Source: an uncultured Methanolobus sp. (GTDB taxonomy: Archaea; Halobacteriota; Methanosarcinia; Methanosarcinales; Methanosarcinaceae). Taken from it: a stretch of DNA of 64,000 nt. A program made the position numbers and the translations under genes. The stretch covers positions 2,688,001 to 2,752,000 of the forward strand of contig OY776215.1 of assembly GCA_963675495.1 (NCBI GenBank), read 5' to 3'. The notes under the pieces were generated by a model. It saw only the letters and a list, made by a program, of their open reading frames with translations, ran no database searches and was not told the origin of the DNA. Below are positions 32,389-41,834 of this stretch, one piece after another (positions within the stretch are counted from its first letter, which is position 1; each line of letters starts with the position of its first letter).

Positions 32389-32859
32389 TTATTCATCCTC
32401 TGGTATATCCATCTCCATTACAACATTACCTTGGTCGTCTGTCATTGTCATCTTGCCGTTAATGATCTTTGTTTCAGACAGGACATTGTTATCTTTATCA
32501 TAGTAGGTCATGATGAAACTTTCATCGTTCTCGTCAACAGGAGTGTACATCTCCATTCTGGCGACGTCATCATCAGCAGCTACATTCATTTCGGCGACTG
32601 TATGGCACATTTCTATCCCTTCAATAACCTCAGTACCCACAACTTCCATTGTCATAGTTTCGCCGGTGTTAGGATCAGTTATTTTCATGGTTGTACCTAT
32701 CGGACAAGCTTCATTTTCTGAACCTTCTGTATAGGTAATATCTACTTCTTCCCCATCTTCACCATGAATGGTAATGGATTCTTCCTCTTTATCGCTACAT
32801 CCGGATATTGCCAGTGACAAAACTAATACTACAAGGAATACAATTATTTTCTTTTGCAT
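32389..32859 (-). CDS. Hypothetical acidic lipoprotein
   Basis: LAISG|C lipobox, acidic mature part. Confidence 0.7.
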   Translation of the reverse strand: MQKKIIVFLVVLVLSLAISGCSDKEEESITIHGEDGEEVDITYTEGSENEACPIGTTMKITDPNTGETMTMEVVGTEVIEGIEMCHTVAEMNVAADDDVARMEMYTPVDENDESFIMTYYDKDNNVLSETKIINGKMTMTDDQGNVVMEMDIPEDE

Positions 32860-32930
32860 AATAAGCTCCTTTTTAATAAAAAATGATTTGTTTCCTCATT
32901 TAAATGTACCGATTTGTTTCGATGATGAAG

Positions 32931-33875
32931 TTAATTATACAGCGTAAACAGACCAACGATATATCCAAAATAGACTCCCAGTATCAGGCCACCTTCCCAT
33001 TTTTCCAGTTTCCTTCCGGTGATACCGAAGACCAGTAGAAGTATCATTATCAGTAACATGAATGGAAAATCGTATGACAGGGATTGCGGAAGTATTGTCA
33101 AAGGTCTGATCTGGGAAGATGCACCGAGGATCAGTGCAATGTCCATGGTGTTTGCACCCAGTATATTTCCTATGGAAATATCCTGATGTCCTTTTAACGT
33201 GGATGAAACTGCAGTGATAAGTTCAGGTAATGAAGTGCCCAGGGCAACGAGCGTAAGGGCTATGATCATTTCAGGAACTCCTAGCCACTCTGCAATGGTT
33301 ATGCCGGCATCAACAAGGATGCGGCTGCCTACTACAACAAGGAGAGCTCCAGTGATGAAAAGTGCGATCTCTTTTCTCAGCTGGCCAATAGGGACTCTTT
33401 CCCTTATTTCTTCATTTCCATCAAAAATAGCACGCTGAAGACGGAAATTGTAATACATGAATCCGATGAATACCATCAAAAGCAAAATACCGTCAAATGA
33501 AGATATCACGCCATCATATGCTACAACTATCAAAAGGAGTGCAGACCCTAGCATGAACGCACCCTTACGAGTGAAACCGTGAAGCTCTATCGGTATTGCT
33601 TTTATGACTATTATAGCACCTAATACAAGACCTATATTACAGATAGCAGAACCTACAGCATTTCCCACCGTCATTTCCACATGATCAAGGTAAGCTGCCA
33701 TTGCAGAAACTGTGAATTCCGGTGCAGTAGTTGCAAAACTAACGATTGTAGCTCCTATGATTATCTTTGGGATACCACTTTTTTCGGAAATAGACACTGC
33801 AGATTCTACAAACCAGTCGGCACCTTTTGTGATCATCACCAGGCTTACGAGCAATAATGCAACCGTTATAAGCAT
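32931..33875 (-). CDS. Na+/Ca2+ exchanger (YrbG/CaCA family)
   Basis: Alpha repeats ATTAPE..GNAVGS and GTSLPE..GNILGAN. Confidence 0.92.
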   Translation of the reverse strand: MLITVALLLVSLVMITKGADWFVESAVSISEKSGIPKIIIGATIVSFATTAPEFTVSAMAAYLDHVEMTVGNAVGSAICNIGLVLGAIIVIKAIPIELHGFTRKGAFMLGSALLLIVVAYDGVISSFDGILLLMVFIGFMYYNFRLQRAIFDGNEEIRERVPIGQLRKEIALFITGALLVVVGSRILVDAGITIAEWLGVPEMIIALTLVALGTSLPELITAVSSTLKGHQDISIGNILGANTMDIALILGASSQIRPLTILPQSLSYDFPFMLLIMILLLVFGITGRKLEKWEGGLILGVYFGYIVGLFTLYN

Positions 33876-33947
33876 GAGAGACTCTATAGATACCCATGGG
33901 ATTTAAAAGTAAGTGAGAATAAAAAAGACTCAAAAATAAAGTGAGAA

Positions 33948-33968
33948 AGAAACCTGAGAAAGGTTTCT
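33948..33968 (-). terminator. Hairpin terminator of the minus-strand PEF-CTERM gene
   Basis: AGAAACCT-5 nt-AGGTTTCT followed on the minus strand by a T-rich tract. Confidence 0.55.
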
Positions 33969-33976
33969 GTCATAAT

Positions 33977-34651
33977 TTACTCATTCTTTTTTCCATGGAT
34001 GAATGCAAGTCCGAGAATAGCTATCATTGGAAGCGCTATTGTTGGGAATTCGGGAATACTGGTCTCAACAGGTGTTTCACATTTCTCATCTTCAGCCTCT
34101 TCCAAAACCGGAGTTGTTGATGTTATAGCTCCGACTGCATCCATATCGGCACCTTCATAATATTTGCCCTTATTGAGTCCGGTAACATCAACAAGTTTGA
34201 CGTAACTATATTTTTCATTTTTAAGCACTCCATCTACTGCATCTATATCGAACAATGTTTTCTTATTGGCATTGCCGATCTTTATCCAGTTCTGGCCATC
34301 TTTGCTTATAAAAACCTCTACAAGTTCTTCTGTGGAAGTGCCAGTTTCAAAAACAGCCAGATCAAAGTTACTGTCACCAGAAGTTGTCAGGGAATTGTCC
34401 GTAAATTTTACAATGACATAACCCTTTGTTCCAAGACTTACACATTTGTTGTTTGGTTTTCCAAGTATTTTATTTATATCACCAGCAAATGCACCACCAT
34501 TAAGTTGGTAATCTACGATCTCATCCGCAAAGGATAAAGCGCCGGAAGGAAATTCCACATTTCTATAAGCAGTTCCCAGAACAGGACTGATACTCATGAG
34601 GGATACTATTAAAGTAACAACTAAGACCAATAACAGTTTTTCAAATTTCAT
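33977..34651 (-). CDS. PEF-CTERM secreted surface protein
   Basis: Signal peptide, SFADE, VSLG..G, D.AVFE, GADMDAV; C-terminal IPEFPTIALP-TM-KK. Confidence 0.82.
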   Translation of the reverse strand: MKFEKLLLVLVVTLIVSLMSISPVLGTAYRNVEFPSGALSFADEIVDYQLNGGAFAGDINKILGKPNNKCVSLGTKGYVIVKFTDNSLTTSGDSNFDLAVFETGTSTEELVEVFISKDGQNWIKIGNANKKTLFDIDAVDGVLKNEKYSYVKLVDVTGLNKGKYYEGADMDAVGAITSTTPVLEEAEDEKCETPVETSIPEFPTIALPMIAILGLAFIHGKKNE

Positions 34652-34780
34652 TTAAGTAACCACCTTTTTTTATGTACCAAATTATTCGGTTTTACCCGGA
34701 TAAATTATTGTACTAAAGTTAATTACTTATAAAGATTCCTAAATTATTTTTGATTTATATGCTTAACTAACTATAAAATA

Positions 34781-35338
34781 TTATTCAAGTCCAAGCATGG
34801 TAACGGCTGCAACTATCATTATTCCAAGACCCACCATGCGTACAGAATGTTTTATCATACTCTGTTTTGCCAGTTTGCCGGAATATACTCCCAAAATAGA
34901 AAGAACTGAGATGCTGCTAATGATTGATGCTTCCAGCATGTGTTCATCAAGAAGTATAAATGGAAGTATCGGGACAAGTGAGCCGAAAAAACTTGCTCCA
35001 CCGTGGAAGAATGAGTCACTCCATATCTTCTTTTTTGTGTCCTGTTCAAGTATTGTGCTATTGAGGCTTCTCAGTAGGGGTTTTTCCAGTTCTGCGAGAT
35101 TTCCATACTCTACGGCACTTTCAGCAAGATATGAACCAATACCATTGGTGAGTGCCAGGGCAACAGCTCCGCCCAAAGCGGCATTCATAACAATTGCAGG
35201 ATCACTGGAAACGTGGGATGTACCGATTACAACACCAAGAACGGCCAGTATCCCGTCGATACTGCCAAGGATTATGTATCGACCATGTTCAGTTTTCAGC
35301 TTAAAGCCTTTTGTATTAAAACGAGGTATTTTATTCAT
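34781..35338 (-). CDS. VIT1/CCC1-family membrane protein (TIGR00267-like)
   Basis: RYIILG.IDG.L, YLAESA..L..LE..L, G.LVP.LPF. Confidence 0.8.
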   Translation of the reverse strand: MNKIPRFNTKGFKLKTEHGRYIILGSIDGILAVLGVVIGTSHVSSDPAIVMNAALGGAVALALTNGIGSYLAESAVEYGNLAELEKPLLRSLNSTILEQDTKKKIWSDSFFHGGASFFGSLVPILPFILLDEHMLEASIISSISVLSILGVYSGKLAKQSMIKHSVRMVGLGIMIVAAVTMLGLE

Positions 35339-35467
35339 AATAATCTTCTTATCCTAAAGTCAGGTTAAAGACACACACAAAGCTTATTTTGTTTTCGGAT
35401 ATTATCAAGGTTAAACTTATTGCATATGGTAAAATAGAGATTCTATTATTCACAGAGGAATTATCCT

Positions 35468-36343
35468 ATGAAAGTTCACCCAAGATGTTCATATTGTTTG
35501 CTATCCCGGGTTCACCTGGAAGCGGAACTGTCAACTGATGATGAAGAGCTTATGCATAAAGCAATTCTCGGTGGTATAGAAGTATTGAATTCTCTCTATC
35601 AGCCAGGTATGCCTGCAGGAGAGTTATCCACACCTATACACAGGAAAACCTATGAGATACTAAACGACAATGATCCATATCTCAAAATGAAAGAACTGAG
35701 TAGCCAGACCGCAGCCAGGTTCATGCCTGTCATACGCTCACATGTATTTAACGGCGATGGGGACGATGTCGCCACATTCAAACGTGCAGTTCTTGCAGCT
35801 GTAATAGGCAATTATTTCGATTACGGTGTCATGGGACTTGAAGTGCCCATTGATGTTTTTGATGAGACGTTTAAGGAGCATTTCACACGCGGACTGGACA
35901 TAGATGATACTGATAAGATGCTTGACAAGCTCAGCAATGTTGTATATCTGGCTGACAATTCCGGCGAGATCCTGATAGATACTCTTATGTTCGAGATCAT
36001 CAAAAAAATGGGTGGAAAGATAACTCTTGTTGTCAGAGGTGCACCAATATTGAATGATGCAACCATGGAAGATGTCAAAGAGTTCGGTATTGACGAAAAG
36101 GTTGACCGTGTACTTACCACAGGTTCCAATGCAATAGGGATTCGCTTTGAAGAAGCGCCACAGGAGCTTAAGGATGCACTTGGGGATGCGTCACTTATTA
36201 TAAGTAAGGGAATGGCAAATTACGAGACATTGTCAGAAGAGAATTATAGACCAATAGCATATTTACTTAAGGTGAAGTGTGATCCTGTGGGAGAGGATAT
36301 CGGTGCACCTAAAGGCTGTTCAGTAGCCAGGTTATTTGAATAG
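35468..36343 (+). CDS. DUF89/ARMT1 damage-control phosphatase
   Basis: C..C, DPY..K, GNYFD, DNSGE, P.LNDAT, SKGMANYE.L. Confidence 0.9.
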   Translation: MKVHPRCSYCLLSRVHLEAELSTDDEELMHKAILGGIEVLNSLYQPGMPAGELSTPIHRKTYEILNDNDPYLKMKELSSQTAARFMPVIRSHVFNGDGDDVATFKRAVLAAVIGNYFDYGVMGLEVPIDVFDETFKEHFTRGLDIDDTDKMLDKLSNVVYLADNSGEILIDTLMFEIIKKMGGKITLVVRGAPILNDATMEDVKEFGIDEKVDRVLTTGSNAIGIRFEEAPQELKDALGDASLIISKGMANYETLSEENYRPIAYLLKVKCDPVGEDIGAPKGCSVARLFE

Positions 36344-36354
36344 GAGGAACATCT

Positions 36355-36543
36355 ATGTGTGAGCTGAAAGTTATTCTTATCAACGGTGAAACCCGAAGTA
36401 TGGTAATGGAATCCGTTACAAAGATGATCGTTGACGGGGAGAATGTCAATCTATATGGGATACTCGGGGAAAAAGAGACTGTAAAGGGTTTGATAAAAGA
36501 AATCAATTTTGGAACCGGAGAGGCTATTATACTTCATAAATGA
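36355..36543 (+). CDS. cooT: CooT-family nickel-binding protein
   Basis: MCE N-terminus, ME.V, ILGE, 62 aa, GGAGG RBS. Confidence 0.75.
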   Translation: MCELKVILINGETRSMVMESVTKMIVDGENVNLYGILGEKETVKGLIKEINFGTGEAIILHK

Positions 36544-36615
36544 TTTTTTACATGTTAAATATTTATTGATTAATTAAAGTCAAATTCAAATAATATAAGG
36601 TAGGATGGAACTAAG

Positions 36616-37623
36616 ATGTCAAAAGTAAAAGTTGCAATAAATGGATATGGTACAATTGGTAAACGAGTTGCTGATGCTGTCACCATGCAGGATGATATGG
36701 AAATAATCGGCATTGCTAAAACAAGACCAAACTACGAAGCCTTTGTTGCACACGATAAAGGATATGATGTATATACCCTTGCTGACAGGGTCGATGCTAT
36801 GAAACAGGCAGGAATTCCTGCTGCAGGTACGGTAGACGACATGATCGCAAAGGCTGATGTTGTAGTTGACTGCACGCCAGGTGGTATCGGTGAGAAGAAC
36901 AAAGCACTTTACGAGAAAGCAGGTGTCAAAGCTATCTGGCAGGGCGGGGAAGACCATGAACTTGCAGGTTGTTCATTCAACGCGGAGGCAAACTATGCTG
37001 AAGCACTGGGTAAGGACTTTGTGAGGGTTGTATCATGTAATACAACTGGTCTGTGCAGGGTAATCTACCCACTTGATCAGGAATATGGCGTAAAGAAAGT
37101 CAGGGTCACGCTCATGAGAAGAGCTGCTGATCCAAATGATATTAAGACAGGACCTATCAATGCAATTGTACCAAACCCAATTAAGCTTCCTTCACACCAC
37201 GGACCTGATGTGAAGTCCGTTTTGCCACATATTAACATAGCTTCAACTGCAGTGAAGCTGCCTACGACACTGATGCACTTACACACCCTCAACATCGAGA
37301 TGGAAAAGGAATGCACTGCTGATGATGTCAAAGCACTGTTCGCAAAGCAGCCACGTGTAAGGATGATCGGCCAGGGAATAGGTTCTACCGCAGAGGTAAT
37401 GGAGCTTGGAAAGGACCTTGGACGTCCAAGAGGTGACATGTGGGAGAACTGCGTATGGGAAGATTCTGTTACAATGTATGAAGGAGAACTTTATTTCTTC
37501 CAGGCAATCCACCAGGAATCAGATGTCATTCCTGAGAATATTGATGCTATCCGTGCCATGATGGAACTTGAGACTGATGGTGCAAAGTCAGTAGCAAAGA
37601 CCAACAAGGCAATGGGGCTTTAA
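36616..37623 (+). CDS. gap: Archaeal (type II) glyceraldehyde-3-phosphate dehydrogenase
   Basis: NGYGTIGKRVA, VVSCNTTGL, RRAADP, PSHHGPDV, HQESDV.PEN. Confidence 0.96.
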   Translation: MSKVKVAINGYGTIGKRVADAVTMQDDMEIIGIAKTRPNYEAFVAHDKGYDVYTLADRVDAMKQAGIPAAGTVDDMIAKADVVVDCTPGGIGEKNKALYEKAGVKAIWQGGEDHELAGCSFNAEANYAEALGKDFVRVVSCNTTGLCRVIYPLDQEYGVKKVRVTLMRRAADPNDIKTGPINAIVPNPIKLPSHHGPDVKSVLPHINIASTAVKLPTTLMHLHTLNIEMEKECTADDVKALFAKQPRVRMIGQGIGSTAEVMELGKDLGRPRGDMWENCVWEDSVTMYEGELYFFQAIHQESDVIPENIDAIRAMMELETDGAKSVAKTNKAMGL

Positions 37624-37638
37624 TACAAACTCAAGCCC

Positions 37639-38439
37639 ATGCAATGTACAAGTGAGTTCCTGGAGCTTAGTGAAAGGATAGCTGACGCAGTGCATGAGGC
37701 AATTAAAGATCTTGTCGGCACAACTAGTGCTGGCAGGGTTCTTTATATTGGTGCGGATGGAACACCCACCAAACTAATAGATGATGTTTCTGAAAAAGCC
37801 ATTTTTACATTACTTGAAAAGGAAACAACTCCTTTCAGGATCATCAGTGAAGAAGCTGGGGATAAGGTCTTAGGGGCATCTCCCGCTTATACTCTTATAA
37901 TCGATCCAATTGACGGGACCTATAATGCATGTTCGGGAATACCATTTTACAGTCTTTCTATTGCCATTGCAAGAACTGAGCTGAATGACCTTTGTTTTGG
38001 ATATGTAAAAAATCTGGCAACAGGGGATACATTCTATGCAGAGGCTGGTAAAGGTGCTTATCTCAATGGCACAAAACTTAAACCATCAGGAAATTCAGAA
38101 CTTGGTAGGTTATGCATGAGCATTTATGGCTATAGGCCTAATATAAAAGAAGCTGCAATTCTCTCTGAAAATGTCAGAAGGGTAAGAAACCTTGGTAGTG
38201 TTGCACTTGAATTATGTTATGTGGCTTCAGGAATGTTCGATGCTTTTGCAGATGTCAGGGGGACAATGCGTATGACTGATGTAGCTGCGGGAAAGCTCAT
38301 TATAGAGGAAGCTGGAGGTATCGTTACTGATGGATGCGGTGAATCTTTAAAGCTGGAAGACAAAGTAATGAGTAGAGTAAGTGTAATTGCGTCCAATGTA
38401 AATGCACATGAAAATATCTTAAAGCTTTTACAGGGGTAG
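37639..38439 (+). CDS. suhB: Inositol monophosphatase/FBPase (NADP phosphatase-type) family protein
   Basis: GADGTPT..D, SEE.G, DPIDGTYN, R.LGS.ALE, D.AAG; ends in TAG. Confidence 0.88.
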   Translation: MQCTSEFLELSERIADAVHEAIKDLVGTTSAGRVLYIGADGTPTKLIDDVSEKAIFTLLEKETTPFRIISEEAGDKVLGASPAYTLIIDPIDGTYNACSGIPFYSLSIAIARTELNDLCFGYVKNLATGDTFYAEAGKGAYLNGTKLKPSGNSELGRLCMSIYGYRPNIKEAAILSENVRRVRNLGSVALELCYVASGMFDAFADVRGTMRMTDVAAGKLIIEEAGGIVTDGCGESLKLEDKVMSRVSVIASNVNAHENILKLLQG

Positions 38440-38442
38440 TAC

Positions 38443-39276
38443 ATGACAGTCAGTAAAATAGGAATTGTATCACGATTCGATCAGCAAGATGCCCTTGATA
38501 TGGTCAGGAATATCCATGCTACGTTTGGATCAAAGGTGGAAATCTTCCTCTCGCCCAAGACCGGAGATCATCTTGGTATTACAAATAACCTGCTCCCTGT
38601 TGAAAGAATGCGTGAATGTGGCGTGGAATTGATAATCTCTGTGGGGGGTGACGGTACGGTGCTCAGGAATATCTCCAAGATGAAGGATCCTTTGCCTGTA
38701 CTTGGAATTAACATGGGTACACTTGGTTTTCTTGTCGACGTGCCACCTGAAGATGCCATAAAGGATATTGAGGATGTGCTGAGAGGTTTCACATATACTG
38801 AGCGCTCCAGGCTTAGTGTGTGCCTGAACGGGGAGAGGCTGTATGATGCGACAAATGAGATAGTTCTAATAACGGCAAGGCCTGCAAAGATAATTACTTT
38901 CAGGATATCTATTGATGATTCACATATAGAGGATGTGAGGGCAGATGGTGTTGTACTTGCAACTCCTACAGGATCAACTGCTTATGCTATGAGTGCCGGT
39001 GGGCCAATAGTCGATCCTCGGGTGGATGCATCGATAATAGTTCCGCTGGCACCTTTTAAACTTTCTTCAAGGCCATGGATCGTTCCAGGTGACAGTACTC
39101 TAAAAGTGGAAATTATGGTTCCTGAAAAAGAAGCCGCAGTTGTCATAGATGGTCAGCATTCCTATAATATGAAAGAAAATGATGTCGTCACAATAACAAA
39201 GGCTGAGAACCCTGCAAGATTTGTAAGCAGTTCTATAAACGGATTTTATGAGAAGGTACAGAGTAAACTTGCCTGA
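38443..39276 (+). CDS. nadK: NAD kinase
   Basis: GGDGT, GINMG.LGFL, NE, DG..TPTGSTAYAMSAGGP. Confidence 0.95.
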   Translation: MTVSKIGIVSRFDQQDALDMVRNIHATFGSKVEIFLSPKTGDHLGITNNLLPVERMRECGVELIISVGGDGTVLRNISKMKDPLPVLGINMGTLGFLVDVPPEDAIKDIEDVLRGFTYTERSRLSVCLNGERLYDATNEIVLITARPAKIITFRISIDDSHIEDVRADGVVLATPTGSTAYAMSAGGPIVDPRVDASIIVPLAPFKLSSRPWIVPGDSTLKVEIMVPEKEAAVVIDGQHSYNMKENDVVTITKAENPARFVSSSINGFYEKVQSKLA

Positions 39277-39461
39277 GAATGGCGCAACTTAACCATGGGG
39301 GCAGATTCTGGGCAAATTAACAAAAGATGCATTCAACTGCCTTCTATTCACTAGATAAAAGTTGCTCTTGAAACCTGTCAAAAAAATCGAAACTATCTTA
39401 AAATACCTAAATCTTATATATTGGAACTGGAAATTGACCAGCAATCACAGGAGTCAATATT

Positions 39462-40634
39462 ATGTCAGAAAGTAAAGATTACTCAAGAAACAAGCTTATC
39501 GATCATTTGAATTTGCCACCTCTTGATGTTGAGATTTGTGATGTGACACTGCGAGATGGCGAGCAAACACCTGGGGTAGTTTTTACAAGGGAAGAAAAGA
39601 TTGCTCTTGCGAGGAAACTGGACTCAGTTAATGTGGATATAATTGAAGCCGGGTTTCCGGTAGTTTCTGTTTCTGAAAAGGAAACGGTTAAAGAAATTGC
39701 CAATATGGGACTCAATGCACGAACCTGTTGTCTTTCCAGGTCAAAATTAAGTGATGTCGAAGTAGCTGTTGATTGTGATGTTGACTTTATCAGTATATTC
39801 ATTGCAATGTCAGATATGCATCTCAGATACAAGTATCATAAGAGCTGTGAAGAGATGTTTTCCTGTGCCATGGAAGCTGTTGAATATGCAAAGGACCACG
39901 GAGTAGGTGTCAGGTTTGCAGCAGAAGATGGCAGCAGGACTGATCTAGATGTGTTGAAAACTGCTTTTAAAGCTGCTGAGGAATACAAAGTTGATTATGT
40001 TAGTATTGCTGATACGATAGGTATTCTGACTCCAAGTACAACTCATTATCTTGTCAGTGAGATCAAGAAGGCAGTAAAGACTCCTATTTGTATCCACTGT
40101 CATAATGACCTTGGTCTTGCAACGGCAAATACCCTTGCTGCTGCCGAGGCTGGGGCTAAGCAGCTCCATACTACTGTAAATGGTATAGGGGAGCGCGCAG
40201 GTAATGCTTCACTTGAAGAGTTACTTGTTTCACTTAGAATACAATATGGTATAGACAGGTATGATACCACAAAGTTAACAGAGCTTTCAGGACTCGTAAA
40301 CGAATTTTCCGGGCTTGGTACCGCAGTAACAAAGGCAATTGTCGGAGAGCATGCTTTCTCTCATGAATCAGGTATCCATGTATGTGCAATCCTTGAAGAG
40401 CCACGTACATATGAGCTATTCAGTCCGGAAATGGTTGGTGGTAAGCGCCATCTTATTGTTGGTAAACATACAGGCATGAAAGCCCTGAAAGGAATAGTAA
40501 GCGATATGGGGTATGAGCTTTCAAAAGAAGAACTTACTACACTTCTTGACAGAATAAAAAACTGCACAGAAACAAAACATGGCATCTCACCATCAAAACT
40601 TGAATCGATGGTGATTGAAACAAAGAAGCATTAA
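39462..40634 (+). CDS. aksA: Homocitrate synthase-family (AksA-like, coenzyme B) alpha-keto acid condensing enzyme
   Basis: DVTLRDGEQTPG, HCHNDLG, GIGERAGN, HESGIH; no LeuA regulatory domain. Confidence 0.8.
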   Translation: MSESKDYSRNKLIDHLNLPPLDVEICDVTLRDGEQTPGVVFTREEKIALARKLDSVNVDIIEAGFPVVSVSEKETVKEIANMGLNARTCCLSRSKLSDVEVAVDCDVDFISIFIAMSDMHLRYKYHKSCEEMFSCAMEAVEYAKDHGVGVRFAAEDGSRTDLDVLKTAFKAAEEYKVDYVSIADTIGILTPSTTHYLVSEIKKAVKTPICIHCHNDLGLATANTLAAAEAGAKQLHTTVNGIGERAGNASLEELLVSLRIQYGIDRYDTTKLTELSGLVNEFSGLGTAVTKAIVGEHAFSHESGIHVCAILEEPRTYELFSPEMVGGKRHLIVGKHTGMKALKGIVSDMGYELSKEELTTLLDRIKNCTETKHGISPSKLESMVIETKKH

Positions 40635-41209
40635 TAATCTATTGAAGCTTCTTTTTTGTTTTGGGAACCGCGTACGAATTCACCATCTCTATCATTTTCC
40701 TGTGAGTGTACATCGTCATTGTAATTCATTTCATCGTTCTCAAGCAGGATAACGTAATCTGCAGAGTTTCTCAAGGCTGTTGAAAAACCGGGTTCGACAC
40801 CGAAGATGATGGTTTCCTTGCCATGTTCGTTTGCTTTATTCAGCAATGGTTTGAAATCTGCATCCCTTGTGACAAGTGCCATAGTGTCGATCGTTGGGTT
40901 GTAAACAAGTTCCATTCCTTCCACGGCAAGCCTTACATCAACATCACTGGAGCATATAATAGGTTCAAATCCATTGTTCTCAATAGCTTCTACAAGTTTA
41001 TCAGATGCATACTGGTTCAGGAACACTCTTCCAATCTTGACATTACCATATTCTTTCAGGACATCCCTGATTTCTTCGAGGTTAACATTAAATTCCTTGC
41101 GCAATACATTGGGACCATCTACAAGAAGACCAATACTTCTTCTTCCCGTTTCTTTTTTAGTACTAAGGTATTTGACAATAGAATTCAGTCCGGTTTTGAC
41201 GTTAGCCAT
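40631..41209 (-). CDS. NYN-domain protein (TIGR00288-like)
   Basis: VDGPN, DVDV, TRDADF, L.NSAD. Confidence 0.88.
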   Translation of the reverse strand: MANVKTGLNSIVKYLSTKKETGRRSIGLLVDGPNVLRKEFNVNLEEIRDVLKEYGNVKIGRVFLNQYASDKLVEAIENNGFEPIICSSDVDVRLAVEGMELVYNPTIDTMALVTRDADFKPLLNKANEHGKETIIFGVEPGFSTALRNSADYVILLENDEMNYNDDVHSQENDRDGEFVRGSQNKKEASIDY

Positions 41210-41408
41210 GATTCCTCACTATAATTATAACTGACAATAGGATCGATCATAATGATCATGTTCGATAGTTTCAATAAATACAATAAATACTATAAATATA
41301 ATATATAAGTATGTACATTAAATTTTAAATCACATGCTACTAAAAACACGCTATCCTGATGATGACAAGATAGCAGAAATTTAATTCAGGCCACACTTTT
41401 CCATATAT

Positions 41409-41834
41409 TTAGTGCCTCAATATTTCAGCTAGCGATCTCTTTGTTATACTTGTTTTTGATATTGAATTTGTATTCAGCATGAAATAGTTTACAATCCTCC
41501 CCTGAATTCTTCTTCTTGTGAAAAGAATTTCTCCACCATGTTTTATAAACGTATCCATTACTTCTTCAAACTGATTTTTTTCCATATCCGAAAGTTCTAT
41601 CAGACTTTCTCCATCAAGTATCCAGTTGTAGACTTTAAGGAGGGTCACTTCACGTACTCTTTTGAGTTTCTCCGTGTCTTTAAAGTCATCAACGTAAACC
41701 GAGCGTTTGAGTTCCGGAGACCAGCCTGCAAGTTTCTCTTGCATGTCAATGAACTGTATTGGAATCTCTTCGCCCTCTTCAGGTCTTGGGAAAAGCCTTG
41801 CAAGATGATTTGCATTCCCTGCCAGCAAGATCAC
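41409..41834 (-). CDS. Hypothetical protein, translationally coupled to the rhomboid gene
   Basis: 141-aa ORF whose GTG start overlaps the rhomboid TGA stop (GTGA). Confidence 0.65.
   Translation of the reverse strand: MILLAGNANHLARLFPRPEEGEEIPIQFIDMQEKLAGWSPELKRSVYVDDFKDTEKLKRVREVTLLKVYNWILDGESLIELSDMEKNQFEEVMDTFIKHGGEILFTRRRIQGRIVNYFMLNTNSISKTSITKRSLAEILRH

Noticed and set aside
36341-36357. TAG readthrough from the DUF89 gene into cooT; likewise tfe into the HD gene (56330-56336)
   Set aside because: The downstream genes are out of frame, so only short extensions would result.
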